From Octopus bimaculoides (lineage: Eukaryota), in the NCBI RefSeq assembly GCF_001194135.2, contig NC_068990.1, positions 34,214,524-34,273,403 of the forward strand: a stretch of 58,880 bases of DNA, written 5' to 3'. The position numbers and the translations under genes are program-made. The notes beneath the pieces were generated by a model. It was given only the letters and a program-made list of their open reading frames with translations, was not told the origin of the DNA and made no database searches. Positions 1 to 13,410 of the stretch are shown here, piece by piece. Position 1 is the stretch's first letter. Each line of letters begins with the position of its first letter.

Positions 1-339
1 TTCAAGAACTCATCGATGAAAATCCTTATGAAACATGTGTAGTCCTTTTACTATCTTTATCTTATGATATTTACTTTGTTTTATATTATACTCATTTATT
101 GTGTTTTTAATTATTAATTTTTCTAAATGTGACAGTGGATTTTCATCAATGAGTTCTTGAAACTTGTTTTTTTTTGCCTAAAACTATATATTTCATATAT
201 ATATATATATATACACACACACATATATACACTTACACACACACATGTATATATTCTGGTCATCAATGAAATTGAAAATGTCCTTAAGCTGTTGAAAGCA
301 TGAGGAAAAGATGGCATAATAATAATGGCGATGCTAAGG

Positions 340-720
340 AATAAAAGAGAAGAGTTGTGGGAAATCTTTTGTCTATGCTTCAATTGCTATCTGAAGGAGA
401 TACCTTCCATGTGGAAAGAACTGAATACCATCTTGCTTCACAAAAAAAGTTAAGAACTATCAACGCATATGACTCTTCTAGCCTCACATTTACCAGCCTG
501 TTACAAAGGTCATAGTCACTAGATTGTTGAAACATCTCAGTGAACAGCAGGGTTCTCTAAGAACTACAGTGCAACAGATCTCATATTCACTCTAACAGAG
601 CTTACAGAATGAGCTAGAGAATAAAAACCGATCCTGTGTATCACTTTCATCAACTACAAAAACACGTTCTATAGCACTGAGGTGAATGTAGTGCTGAAAT
701 CTCTGGAAATGTACACAATC
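340..720 (+). mobile_element. Decayed RTE-type LINE reverse transcriptase fragment
   Basis: Frameshifted translation IPSMWKELNTILLHKK...NYSATDLIFTLTELTE*ARE*KPILCITFINYKNTFYSTEVNVVLKSLE resembles non-LTR RT motifs (WK.S.TILLHKKG; YST.DHIFTL...FIDY.KAFDSV). Confidence 0.8.
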
Positions 721-765
721 ACTGCCCCACCCTAAAGTACATAACATCAATCAGGAACAGCTATG

Positions 766-905
766 TACAGGTATGGCTGTATAGTTAAGAAGCCTGCTTG
801 CCAACCACATGGTTTTGTGTTCAGTCATACTGTACAGCACCTTCTGTTATAGCCCTAGGGCAACAAAGAACTTTGTAAGTTGACTCTGTAGACGGAAACT
901 GAAAG
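766..905 (+). mobile_element. tRNA-headed SINE, 5' portion (family A)
   Basis: Head ggctgtatagttaagaagcctgcttgccaaccacatgg...gttcagtc...gacggaaactgaaaga shared with about 13 copies in the window. Confidence 0.75.
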
Positions 906-1300
906 ATTTCCATAGTTTATGGGTATATCAGTTCGCTGTAACTTAATGGAATAAAGTGATCCATGATGATCTACTGTAGTTAAGCATCCTTATGTACTTG
1001 GAACACCCAGGGCTAAAAGCAACCACAATGGTGAAAGTATATAGGAACTAACAATATAAACTTAATTTTATCTTAATTTCTCCTAATACATACATACATA
1101 ATTATATATATATATACATAGATATGCAGGGCAGGGAATCATCAATTAGTAATAAAATTAATAATTAACAATTCTGCCGTGTCAATCCCTATATATTTAT
1201 GATTATAAATTTTTTACCGAAGAAGGTTTTTTTTCATACTGAGCTACCCGGCAGAATTGTTAATTATTAATTTTATTACTAATTGATGATTCCCTGCCCT

Positions 1301-1854
1301 NNNNNNNNNNNNNNNNNNNNNNNNNNNNNNNNNNNNNNNNNNNNNNNNNNNNNNNNNNNNNNNNNNNNNNNNNNNNNNNNNNNNNNNNNNNNNNNNNNNN
1401 NNNNNNNNNNNNNNNNNNNNNNNNNNNNNNNNNNNNNNNNNNNNNNNNNNNNNNNNNNNNNNNNNNNNNNNNNNNNNNNNNNNNNNNNNNNNNNNNNNNN
1501 NNNNNNNNNNNNNNNNNNNNNNNNNNNNNNNNNNNNNNNNNNNNNNNNNNNNNNNNNNNNNNNNNNNNNNNNNNNNNNNNNNNNNNNNNNNNNNNNNNNN
1601 NNNNNNNNNNNNNNNNNNNNNNNNNNNNNNNNNNNNNNNNNNNNNNNNNNNNNNNNNNNNNNNNNNNNNNNNNNNNNNNNNNNNNNNNNNNNNNNNNNNN
1701 NNNNNNNNNNNNNNNNNNNNNNNNNNNNNNNNNNNNNNNNNNNNNNNNNNNNNNNNNNNNNNNNNNNNNNNNNNNNNNNNNNNNNNNNNNNNNNNNNNNN
1801 NNNNNNNNNNNNNNNNNNNNNNNNNNNNNNNNNNNNNNNNNNNNNNNNNNNNNN
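1301..1854. other. Assembly gap; others at 10669-11381, 11938-11947, 12619-12691, 14864-14963, 16170-16349, 19212-19221, 20873-21252, 29645-29656, 44940-44949, 53189-53329, 53892-53991
   Basis: Runs of N. Confidence 1.
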
Positions 1855-1881
<27 letters not shown>

Positions 1882-1890
<9 letters not shown>

Positions 1891-2045
1891 CTGTGGCTTT
1901 GTGGTAAGAAGCTTGCTTCTCAATTACATGGTTCCAGGTTCAGTCCCACACCATGGCAACTAGGGCAAGTGTCTTCTACTATAGCCTCGGCTCAGCCAAA
2001 GCCCTGCAAGTGGATTTGGTAGACAGAAATTAAAGATAAACTATG
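1882..2045 (+). mobile_element. tRNA-headed SINE, 5' portion (family A)
   Basis: gctttgtggtaagaagcttgcttc...ggttcagtcccac...gcaagtgtcttctactatagcc. Confidence 0.8.
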
Positions 2046-2084
2046 TATATACATACATACATACGCATGCATGTCTGTATGTAA

Positions 2085-2600
2085 AGTCTAAAGTCTGGTC
2101 ACATGCTATATCAAAACTGACAGTAAGACCATGATATCTGTTTCATTTGTTCACTCTGCACTGTCGTATTCTTCTGAAACATGGACAATACACATGTCTC
2201 ATGTAAGAATGTTGGAAAGATTTTACCAGAAATGTTTCCGTTATATACTCAGAATAAGTAGGTCCTCATTTATTCCTGACACTGAGGTTCTTGCTGAAGC
2301 TAAGATCACATGAATCCAAGCCATGCTTACTAGGAATCAACTACAATAGACAGGCCAACTCATCCAAATGGATGATGAGCACATTCTAAAACAAATGCTT
2401 TTTGGTAAGCTTAAGCCAAGAAAGACAAAAAATAGTAAGCCAAAGAAATGATGCAAAGAGTCTTTAAAATCAAATTTGGAATGCCTTGAAGTATGTTACA
2501 AGTCTTGAATCACTTGTGGCAGATAGTGTAGCATGGAGAGCTATAATTTAGAGTAGTGTTAAAGATTTTGAGCTTGACAGCAGTAAGCATGCTGAAACGA
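2085..2600 (+). mobile_element. Decayed RTE/BovB-like LINE ORF2 C-terminal fragment
   Basis: LSYSSETWTIHMSHVRMLERFYQKCFRYILRI...DTEVL...QLQ*TGQLIQMDDEHILKQMLFGKL resembles the RTE motif LLYGSETW...LERFHQRCLR.IL...QLRW.GH..RM...PKQLLYGEL. Confidence 0.85.
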
Positions 2601-2926
2601 AAAGAAAATTTCCTAAAAATGTGATTAATATCAATAAAGTAGCAAGAGTTTTTCTTTCCTCTGTTAAATGTTCTTTATACACATAATATTCAGATCTCAC
2701 GCTGATATGAAATAGCACCATGTGAATAAGGCATACATGAACTATTGGAATCTCATTCCAGGTGACCAGTTTCAATGCAACGTCTATCAAATTTTTTAAT
2801 TTGCTTTCTCTGACCTGCAACAGTTAAACAAAACATTAAAAGCCTGAACATCACCAGTCTTGAAGAGTCACCAAAGGACATGGGTATTGTCCCTTCCTTT
2901 AGACTCAAGAAGTAAAATAATTATAA

Positions 2927-3086
2927 ATAGGCATGGCTGTGTGGTAAGAAGTTTGCTTCCCAACCACATGGTTCCAGGTTCAGTCACACTGCATGGCACC
3001 TTGGGCAAGTGCCTTCTGCTACAGCTTCAGGCCAACCAAAGCCTTGTGAGTGGATTTGGTAGATGGAAACTGAAAGAAGCTTGTCG

Positions 3087-3121
<35 letters not shown>

Positions 3122-3343
3122 ATATATCTATTCATGTCTGTGTTTGTCCCCCACCACCACTTGACAACCAGTGTTGGTGTGTTTACATCCTTGTTACTTG
3201 GCAGTTCAGAGAGGGAGACCAGTAGAGTAAGTACCAGGCCTAAAAAAAAAAAAATAAGACCTGCGGTTGATTTGTTTGACTAAAACCCTTCCAGGCAGTG
3301 CCCCAGCATGGCCACAGTCAAAGGACTAAAACAAGTAAAAGAT
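2927..3343 (+). mobile_element. Near full-length tRNA-headed SINE (family A)
   Basis: A-box-like tggctgtgtgg, B-box-like ggttcagtc, internal (TA)/(TG) microsatellite, 3' part ...cagcatggccacagtcaaaggactaaaacaagtaaaag. Confidence 0.9.
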
Positions 3344-4097
3344 ATGCATACCATACACCTATGTGTGTGCTAGTATCATCATTTAGTATCTGTCTCCCAT
3401 GCTAACTTGAGTTGAACAGTCTGACAGGATCAAATGAGCTAAAAGACTGCATCAAGTACCAATGTATGCTTTAGCATTGTCAGTACAGCTGAAAGCCCTT
3501 CCTAATGCCAATCCCTTTATGAAATGTACTAGTTGCTTTTTTTTCATTTTATTTCTTTTCTTTTTTTGTAACACAGGTACAAGTACAAGTGAGGTCACCA
3601 AGTAATTTTCAAGACAAAGAAAATAAAGAACAAACCTCCTCAAATGAGTGGAGATGTAGTAGAGGCGTGGGGGGGGGGTTATGCCAGGTGTTCAATCAGG
3701 CACAGGTGTCTTGCTATGGAAAAGATACATAGCTGCTGATGATGATGTATGTATCGAAGCAGTAGTAGAATTGAGGTAAAGGTTGATGGAGGGATATATA
3801 GAAGAACAAGAAAAAGGAAAAAAACAGAGAGAGAATGGAAAATGTGTAAATGAGAAAGGAGGAGCTATAATAACAATATAGCAGTCAGTCAATCAAAAGA
3901 CAATAAAACAACCTAGTGGAGTATACAAAGCTAGGAGGATGGGGGAAGCCATCAAATGCCAAAGAAAAATAAAAGCAATTAGAAGAAAAGATTGGAAAGG
4001 CCTTCTGCTAAGTGTAAGTCTGCCTAAAAATTTTGCTGCCAAGATGCTAAAAATTATCCAAGTGTGCAAAGGTGTGACAATCTCAATAGAACTTTAG

Positions 4098-4316
4098 TCC
4101 TTTAACATTCAGGTTACTGTCAAATTTAATGCTTATTTATTCACATCGTTTTGAATTAATCATACATCATGATATAACTTTGGGATTTCAATGCTGTGAT
4201 TGTCTATTATTAGAATGCTATTGTAGAGTAAGTGTGAGAGGCCAGATTTGGCCAGTTTGAACGTAAACAAGTACAATATTAGGGCCTGATATGGCCAGGT
4301 TTAAATGCTTAAGGGG
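4098..4316. mobile_element. piggyBac-type MITE (degenerate)
   Basis: Terminal inverted repeats tcctttaacatt / aatgcttaagggg; right flank TTAA (4317-4320), left flank TTAG (mutated TTAA). Confidence 0.65.
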
Positions 4317-5033
4317 TTAAGAAGAGGATATAAATAGAGATGATAGCAAATGATGATAAAGTTGGGGAGTGGGTAAATTAGTGGATAGAGGACTATTTAA
4401 CAAATTAACAATTACATAATTACATAAATAATAATAATGACAGGGGCAGTATTAATATTAAAAGGTAACATTTATCTCCAGCTTGGATGTTGCGTTAAAA
4501 CAAGGAGAACAATGTGTTATTTACCATGAGAGGACCTCGCATATGAATTTGTGGTACATAAAAGCACTCATGCTTATATCATAAATGATCACTTAAGTAA
4601 AGACAAAAGGACATAAACATATACAGATAAAAGATTTGATATTAGACTATACTGAGGGTAAATAACCAAAGAATTAGAAAGGCTACACTAAAGATAGAGT
4701 ATAGCAGAAGTAAATATTTATCTAACTCAGGTAGAACATACTTCGGTAGGAAGGAAAAAAAGAAAAGAAAAAGGAACATTTATAACAGAGATGTTGGAGA
4801 AATATGGTTCAGAAGACAGTGGGAATTTCCTGGTAAAATTTCAAAATAATATTTTACTACAGATACTACACCTTGGCACAGTCATTAAAATGGCTAGGCA
4901 ATATCTTAAGGGATGTTATTGTTCTTAAGATAGTGTATATGATTAGATTAGATAATAAGGTAGAGATTTTGTGTTCAGCAGAAGAAAAATGAACTAATGT
5001 GGGATAAATTAATTTCAAAGTTGACAAAAGACC

Positions 5034-5105
<72 letters not shown>

Positions 5106-6399
5106 CACATATTAGTTATATAAATGTATTTACATAAATATATATATGAATGCATATATACATTTATGTGTTTATTTATACGTATGCATATACACAATAT
5201 ATACACACACACATATATACACAGTTTATATAATCTATATGTACACACAGTTCTATATAATAACACATACATACACAGAGCTGTGTTATGGAAGTATATA
5301 TAACTTGACAGCATGTACTATGCCTTCACTAATCACTTTGATTCACATGATTAAAATTCAATTATTTAATGAAAGGACTCAAAATTAGATACTTTAATAA
5401 ACAGAAGATAGGAATAGTTGAAACCTGAGATGATTATTGAATTCTTTGCCTCTGTAACCTAAAACAATACCGCAAGATGTAGGAATGAACATCAAAATAT
5501 TTTCTGTGCAATTAAAACATACACTAAATAGAAAACAATGACAACTGCTGAAATAATATTTTAGTGTTTAGTAGTGATGGTAGGCCTTTGACTTATAGGA
5601 CCTTGGACATTTCTCTCCCACTATAATACAGTTGACTTGGTAACATGTATACATAATCCTTTAACATATTTGCACTGTTCTACACATATTCAAACAACTA
5701 CCTCTTATTTTTCATCTAAATACCTACCAACATGCATACATCTCTTCATATAAATATAAGCAAGTAAAGAAATCTAAGTAGTTTACAATATGCTAGAAAC
5801 AGACAGGTTGCTAGTACCTTGAAAAATGTAGAGACATGCTGGACAAATGTAATTCTATGAAGGAAAAGGCAATCACAGCTGGAACACCTATGAATTTTGA
5901 TCTGTTTGAGCAGAAACAGCCTGGGGTTAAACAACATTGTGCAGATGTAGCGCTTCTCTTCAATCATGTACACAGACATATACACACTTGTGACATTTGC
6001 TGCCAATGCACACACATGTTCACATACACACACACAGACCACAGCAACTCTACACAAACACGAATATACTCAGTTGCTGCTTCCCACACGCAGACCAACC
6101 TATGACACGACTCACACTCATTCCATATGTGGGCCACACACAGACAAATAACCCCATAACAAATCGAGGGCAACTTGTCTATGTGATTATTAGCCTTGCT
6201 AGAAACACCAGCCAAATTCTCTCAAATAACAAATGGAAGGTCACAAAGAGTAATGTAGTCCTAAGTGTACTATACCTTAAAAAGAAGAAAAAAAGGTATG
6301 CTCATGACTAGAACAATTTTTTTAACACATCTGCTCGACCAGGCCTGACCTGGGGTTAAACAATACAACATCCATATTTAACACCATGGACATACATGC

Positions 6400-6819
6400 T
6401 CGTGATTCAGCAGACGCACACACACACATCTGTACATATACACATATGCACAGCTGTGACTACATACACTCACGCTTATGACTATATACACACACCTTTG
6501 TGGCTATTCTCTCTCTCTCTCTCTCACACGCTCACACCTGCAACAAACACTCGCACACACCTGTGACTGCATGCACAAATACAGATACATATATGACTAG
6601 AGTCACACACACATCTGCAAGACATGCAGGCACACAATCTGTGACTACATACATACATCTGTGAATGCACACAGATATACACGCACACATGTCACTATAT
6701 GAACACACACACACACAGTCTATGACTGTTGACATGCATACATTTGTGACTGTGGACATGCAGACATCTGTAACTATGCACATATCTGTAACAATACACA
6801 CATACACATCTGTGACTAT

Positions 6820-6864
<45 letters not shown>

Positions 6865-6900
6865 CACATATCTGTGACTATGCATTTACACATGTGGCTA
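6400..6900. repeat. Degenerate minisatellite (catctgtgactatgcacac-like units mixed with (CA)n)
   Basis: Repeated tctgtgacta/ctgtgactg motifs every ~20-40 bp. Confidence 0.7.
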
Positions 6901-7461
6901 TGCATAAAACACTTAAAAGAACAACTAACAAACAGACGTCTGATTCCATCTACACAGATGCTAATCTGTGATTACACACACACACACACACACATGCATA
7001 CACACACAGACACACAGGGAAATTCATATTTCTTCCTCTCTCTATACATAAACGCACAACTAGAGATATCGTCTATAGGAGGATGACTCAATACCGACAT
7101 ACAACTTAACAACCCATTGCACAAACCTAAACACTTTCCATGATCATGTCTATACAAATACACTTTTTCTATCTGTGTACTATCACATTCCATGTAGACA
7201 CAGCCATGCCCATCACCATTGAAATATATACACATTCAATGCAAAACAATCATATCTTATCCTCTGTGAGTGTGCAAGGACCCATAGACACATATTTCAA
7301 ACTCCACACACGCACACACACACACATATCACCATCATTTAAAATTTGTTGTTCATATATATATATATATATATATATGCTTACATCTGTTCCCACATGG
7401 GTTTACATATAGCTGCCTCGTACTTGATAAACACATACACATGCATTTCTCTCCACATCTG

Positions 7462-7505
<44 letters not shown>

Positions 7506-8351
7506 GTACAATCTGCACACAAAAGTCAATTATTATTTCTACATATGCATAAGTAGAAATAGATACCCTTCAATATAACAAGACCTAATATAAATGTTGG
7601 TTGGCTGGTTGGTTGGTATTCCCACTCACACTTCACATTATATAGACAAAGAGGGAGAGAGAAAGAGTAAAAGAGAGATACAGAGTGAACATGTGTTGTA
7701 GGATGAGCACATATTAAGTTTGGTGACAGGCAATGAGTAAAGGAAGGTTCACACATACACACATACACACACACAAACACAGTGAGAAACAAACAATCAT
7801 AGACACAGGGCAGTGTGAGCATCAGGAAGAGAAGTTAGAGGAGGAGAGGGAGTAAGGACACAATAGTTACTTGAAGAATGATAAATTTTCAGAAATTAGG
7901 TTGTTCCATTTTGAAGATATATAATTCGCAAATTCAGCATTGATTTCATTATTCTGCATCAGCAATGGGCAATTTCATAAGAGATAAGTTATCAGTTTTT
8001 CTATGTATGCGGAAAGTAGACTCCCTAAGTTACCAGTCATGTGACATATAAAACTCTAGAATAAAATATCCATATTTATCTATGTCCATACATATGTGTG
8101 TGCGTGTGTGTGTGTGTGTGCGTGTGTGTGTATACACACGGTTAGTTTTAAAATGGTAGCAGCTGATGAAGGGAATGTTCTCTATGTGGCCTGTTTTCTG
8201 TACTCTGTTTATATTCTGTTTTTCATTTTGTCCATGGTTTTTGTGACGTCCTGTACCCAGATATGCATCTATATATACATGTAGATGTAGGTATGCACAT
8301 ACATGTACGTATATATGCATATACTCACATATTATTTGTATTATTATTATT

Positions 8352-8394
<43 letters not shown>

Positions 8395-8395
8395 A

Positions 8396-8592
8396 CAGGG
8401 TGCACATAATTTACCTTTGCAATTTGAAAAATTCAGAAAGAGGGAAAAAATAAGAGCAGCTTAACAGGTTGCAAGCAATCAATGGGGCTCAATTGAAAAT
8501 GTTCTGATGTTTCTAATAAAATTTTGTTTGCCCATTTTTTCAATAAACTCTGCTGAGTTAAACACTTTTTTAATGAATGAACACCTCTTATA
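8396..8592 (+). mobile_element. Possible Tc1-like deletion relic (transposase 3' end plus terminal sequence)
   Basis: Starts cagggtgcac and ends gaacacctctTA; the internal stretch loosely resembles a Tc1 C-terminus (RLQA..NGA.IENVL). The two termini match poorly. Confidence 0.3.
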
Positions 8593-8873
8593 GAGAGAGA
8601 GAGATAGAATACATACATACACAGGCACAAATATACAGACATATAAATATAGGTATTTTGAAAAATACTTAGATTTATATGAAGACATACAGGAAGATAG
8701 ATGAACAAATATAGACAAAAATATAAACACATACTTAGACAGACAGACAGATGGATAGATAAAACATATAAATAGATGTATAAGCATACAAATATATACA
8801 CAGGAGATAGATACATGCACAGTAAATACACACACACACACACACATATATACACACACGTACATACATAGAC

Positions 8874-8914
<41 letters not shown>

Positions 8915-8980
8915 TATATTTACATACACACATATATATACACATACATATGCATATACATACACACATACATATATATA

Positions 8981-10373
8981 TCAGGTTGAGTAAAAAGTAA
9001 CCAACGTTTTGAACCATGAAGAATTTGTACTGCAATTTTGCAGAGTTTTGAATTTTTTAAAACATTTTTTGCAATTGTCTGATAATACAGACAAAGACTT
9101 GTCCAAATGCATCAATAAATTAACATTGATATGTTTTCACCATTTTTACAATCATCTGAAATGAAATTGTCAAAGCACAATATTCGAGCAATTTTGCTAT
9201 TCAACTTTGAAAAAGGACATAAAGCAGCTGAAACTGCTCAAGATATCAACAAAATGCTTGGTGAGGAAATGACCAGTGAGTGGTCAGCTCGAAAATGTTT
9301 AAACGACTTCGCAGTGGAGGCTTAAGCCTTGAAGATTGTGAGTGTAGTGGGTGCCCATCCGTCATTGATGATGGTCAATTAAAGACCGTAATTGAGAAAG
9401 ATCTACGTAAAACCACTCAAGAACTGGCAAAAGAACTTCAAGTTAGCCAGAAAACTGCCTGCAGCCATTTGCATGTAATCAGAAAATCAAAAAAGCTCGA
9501 CAAGTGGGTACCACACAATTTGAATAAAAATGCGCAGATATGAAATTTGCTCATTGCTTCTTCTCTGTAACAAGACATCCATTTCTCAACCATATTGTAA
9601 CTTGTGATGAAAAGTGGATCCTCTACAATGATAAAAATTTTCTTTACAGTGGTTGGACCAAAGTGAAGCACCAAAAACCTTCCCTAAACCCAATCTCATC
9701 AAAACGAAGTTTATGGTGACTGTTTGGTGGTGTACTACTGGATTCATCCATTATAACTTCTTAAAACCTGGAAAAACTATTACTGCAGAAACATATTTCC
9801 ATGAAATTGCCAAAACGAACAAAAAACTGCTACTCCGCCATCCCAAACTGGTCAACAGAATAGGACCAGGTGGCGAGCTGGCAGAAACATTAACACGCTG
9901 GGCAAAATACTTTGCGGTATTTCGTCTGCAGTGACGTTCTGAGTTCAAATTCCGCCATAGTCGACTTTGCCATTCATCCTTTCGGGGTTGATTAAATAAG
10001 TACCAGTTACTCACTGGGGTCGATATAATCGTCTTAATCTGTCTTTGTTTGTCGCCTCTGTGTGTAGCCCCTTGTGGGCAGTAAAGAAATAAGAATGGGA
10101 CCAGTCATACTTTGCGACAATGTTCAATCACATGTTTCACTAATGATGCTTCAAAAGTCGAGGGAACTTGGCTACGAAGTTCTTCTCCACCCAGCTTATT
10201 GCCCAGACCTTTCTCCTACCGACTACCACTTTTCAAGCACTGATGGTTTCCTGTGAGAGAAAGAGCTCAAAAATCAAACCTATGCTGAAAGTGCGTTCAA
10301 AGAGTTCATCAGCTACAGAACTCCAGATTTTTATGTTACCGGAATAAATAAACTTGTAATTCATTGGCAAAAA
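8981..10373 (+). mobile_element. Mariner transposon (Hsmar1/cecropia-like, DD34D), pseudogenised, SINE-interrupted, 3' end replaced by (TA)n
   Basis: Left TIR TA|TCAGGTTGAGTAAAAAGTAACCAACGTTTT. ATG at 9161 MKLSKHNIRAILLFNFEKGHKAAET; WVPHNL at 9505; TCDEKW (D 9606); ILCDN (D 10116); YCPDLSPTDYHF (D 10221), with 34 codons between the 2nd and 3rd D. Multiple frameshifts; no right TIR. Confidence 0.95.
9870..10091 (+). mobile_element. tRNA-headed SINE (family B) inserted into the mariner transposase
   Basis: Starts gtggcgagctggcagaa, B-box gagttcaaattcc; flanked by a 13-bp target-site duplication agaataggaccag (9857-9869) / agaatgggaccag (10092-10104). Confidence 0.9.
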
Positions 10374-10411
<38 letters not shown>

Positions 10412-11839
10412 CTGTGTGTGAATTTCAAGTACATGAGTGTGTATGTGTGTATACATGAAACTTCACATTAGTCAGAGGACTATTTACGGAGCAAGACTGT
10501 CTAGAAACAAATGCCCCTCAAGAACCCCGCAAAAAGCAGCTTGTAAGCAAGGTACAAGTACTATAAGTACATGGCTATATATCTTTTCAGAGAAAAATGG
10601 ACATGAATATAAGTGCTTTTTTGATGGTGATGCTCAGTTAGAAACATGGCTCAAAACAAAGGTACACANNNNNNNNNNNNNNNNNNNNNNNNNNNNNNNN
10701 NNNNNNNNNNNNNNNNNNNNNNNNNNNNNNNNNNNNNNNNNNNNNNNNNNNNNNNNNNNNNNNNNNNNNNNNNNNNNNNNNNNNNNNNNNNNNNNNNNNN
10801 NNNNNNNNNNNNNNNNNNNNNNNNNNNNNNNNNNNNNNNNNNNNNNNNNNNNNNNNNNNNNNNNNNNNNNNNNNNNNNNNNNNNNNNNNNNNNNNNNNNN
10901 NNNNNNNNNNNNNNNNNNNNNNNNNNNNNNNNNNNNNNNNNNNNNNNNNNNNNNNNNNNNNNNNNNNNNNNNNNNNNNNNNNNNNNNNNNNNNNNNNNNN
11001 NNNNNNNNNNNNNNNNNNNNNNNNNNNNNNNNNNNNNNNNNNNNNNNNNNNNNNNNNNNNNNNNNNNNNNNNNNNNNNNNNNNNNNNNNNNNNNNNNNNN
11101 NNNNNNNNNNNNNNNNNNNNNNNNNNNNNNNNNNNNNNNNNNNNNNNNNNNNNNNNNNNNNNNNNNNNNNNNNNNNNNNNNNNNNNNNNNNNNNNNNNNN
11201 NNNNNNNNNNNNNNNNNNNNNNNNNNNNNNNNNNNNNNNNNNNNNNNNNNNNNNNNNNNNNNNNNNNNNNNNNNNNNNNNNNNNNNNNNNNNNNNNNNNN
11301 NNNNNNNNNNNNNNNNNNNNNNNNNNNNNNNNNNNNNNNNNNNNNNNNNNNNNNNNNNNNNNNNNNNNNNNNNNNNNNNNNATATATATATATATATATA
11401 CATATGTATGTATGTATATATACATATATATGTATGTATATTTATTTCATTTTTGTATTTGGTTTGCAAGATTCTTTATGTGAATTTGTGACAACTATTT
11501 AAGAGGTGGTAAGAAGCAATGAAAATTTTAGAAATAAAATAAATAAAGAAATGAGAGGAAAATGAACCGGTGTGTTAATTAATAAAGCATTAAAACAGAA
11601 TGACTCCCCTGACACAACAAAATATGTATATTTAGTTATATATATGCCATGGTATAGAAATATATATATCGCTACATACATACGAGCACACGTTCATATA
11701 TATATATTTACACAAACATCCTTCTCCATACAAATATATATATGGACATGTATCTACAAATGCATACATAAATATGTATATGTACACGCACATATGAAAA
11801 CATGTATTTACAAATATACATATACATACATATACACAC

Positions 11840-11937
11840 ATAAACTCTGCCAGATCAGATTGGAGCCTGGTGTAGCCATCTGGTTTCACCAGTCCTCAGT
11901 CAAATCGTCCAACCCATGCTAGCATGGAAAGCGGACG
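11840..11937 (+). mobile_element. 3' tail of RTE-tailed SINE/LINE (family C)
   Basis: ctctgccagatcagattggagcctgg...cagtcaaatcgtccaacccatgctagcatggaaagcggacg, nearly identical to 53095-53188. Confidence 0.8.
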
Positions 11938-11947
11938 NNNNNNNNNN

Positions 11948-12029
<82 letters not shown>

Positions 12030-12030
<1 letters not shown>

Positions 12031-12230
12031 TAATATTGGTTTCACAATTTGGCACAAGGCCAGCAGATTTGCAGGAGAGGCTAAGTTTAGAACATCAAAC
12101 CCAGTGTTCACTTGGTACTTATTTTATCGGAATCCAAAACTTTACCTGGACGGAGTTTGAGCTCGGAATATAAACACGGACGAAATGCCACTTAGCATGT
12201 TGCCAGCTGTGTTGGCAATTCTGCCACTGG
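12030..12230 (-). mobile_element. SINE family B, reverse orientation
   Basis: Reverse complement begins tggcagaattg and contains gagctcaaactcc, aataagtaccaagtgaacactggg, as in the 9870 and 47915 copies. Confidence 0.7.
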
Positions 12231-12292
12231 TTTTATATGCTTCATATCTATATGAATACATAGCAGATACATAGACATATACATGTATGTAC

Positions 12293-12338
<46 letters not shown>

Positions 12339-12942
12339 AACTATATTTATGCACACTCATAAATATATACACACGCACACACACATATATATACACAAAT
12401 GTTTACAAATTCAAATACATATGCATATATACATATACATATAAAAACACCTATTTCTATATACATACAAATCCATATATGCATATGAATATATATATAT
12501 ATATATATATGAAGATTCATATCAATACATATATACACACACACACACATATATATATATATGTTTGTGTGCATGTATGTATAAATGTGTGGATATATAT
12601 ATATATATATATATATATNNNNNNNNNNNNNNNNNNNNNNNNNNNNNNNNNNNNNNNNNNNNNNNNNNNNNNNNNNNNNNNNNNNNNNNNNTATACACAG
12701 ATATAGATATGAACATACATATCCATAGATATTCTTCTCTCATATTTACATTTATTGCAGCAGTCCTACAGTTTTTTCAAGCACGGTAAAAGAACTCAGA
12801 AGGTTGGGTCTCCAGCCAGGCTTTTGTGACACATTTAGACCCATAAATTCTTCAGCAATCACTTATATCTACATACACACACACACATATATATAAACAC
12901 ACACACATATATATAAACACATGCATATATGTATATACAAAC

Positions 12943-12999
<57 letters not shown>

Positions 13000-13239
13000 C
13001 ACACACACATATATATACATTCATACATATACTTATATATAGGTATATATATACATTTATACATATATAAACATATATTCATATATCTATATACATACAT
13101 GTATATATATATATATTTTCATATACGTATATATACATATAAACATGCACATATACAAATAAACACACACACACACACACACAAATACAGAAACATATAC
13201 ATAAATATATATGTTAATATATATATATATATATTTTTA

Positions 13240-13410
13240 CAACGGGTTTCTTTCAGATTCCATCTAACAAATTCACTCAAGAGGCTTTGGACAGGCCGAG
13301 GCTATAGCTTCAGACATTGGTCGAAGGTGTCATACAGTGGGACCAAACCCACAAGCATAGGGTTGTTAAGCAAGCAACTTACCACACAACCGCTTCTGCA
13401 CCTTCATATG
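13240..13410 (-). mobile_element. SINE family A 5' portion, reverse orientation
   Basis: ttctttcagattccatc...ggctatagc...cagtgggaccaaacc...cttaccacacaacc. Confidence 0.8.

Noticed and set aside
1244-1963. ORFs spanning N-runs (also 10437-11491, 20745-21350, 52995-53502 and others)
   Set aside because: Open only because N codons translate as X.
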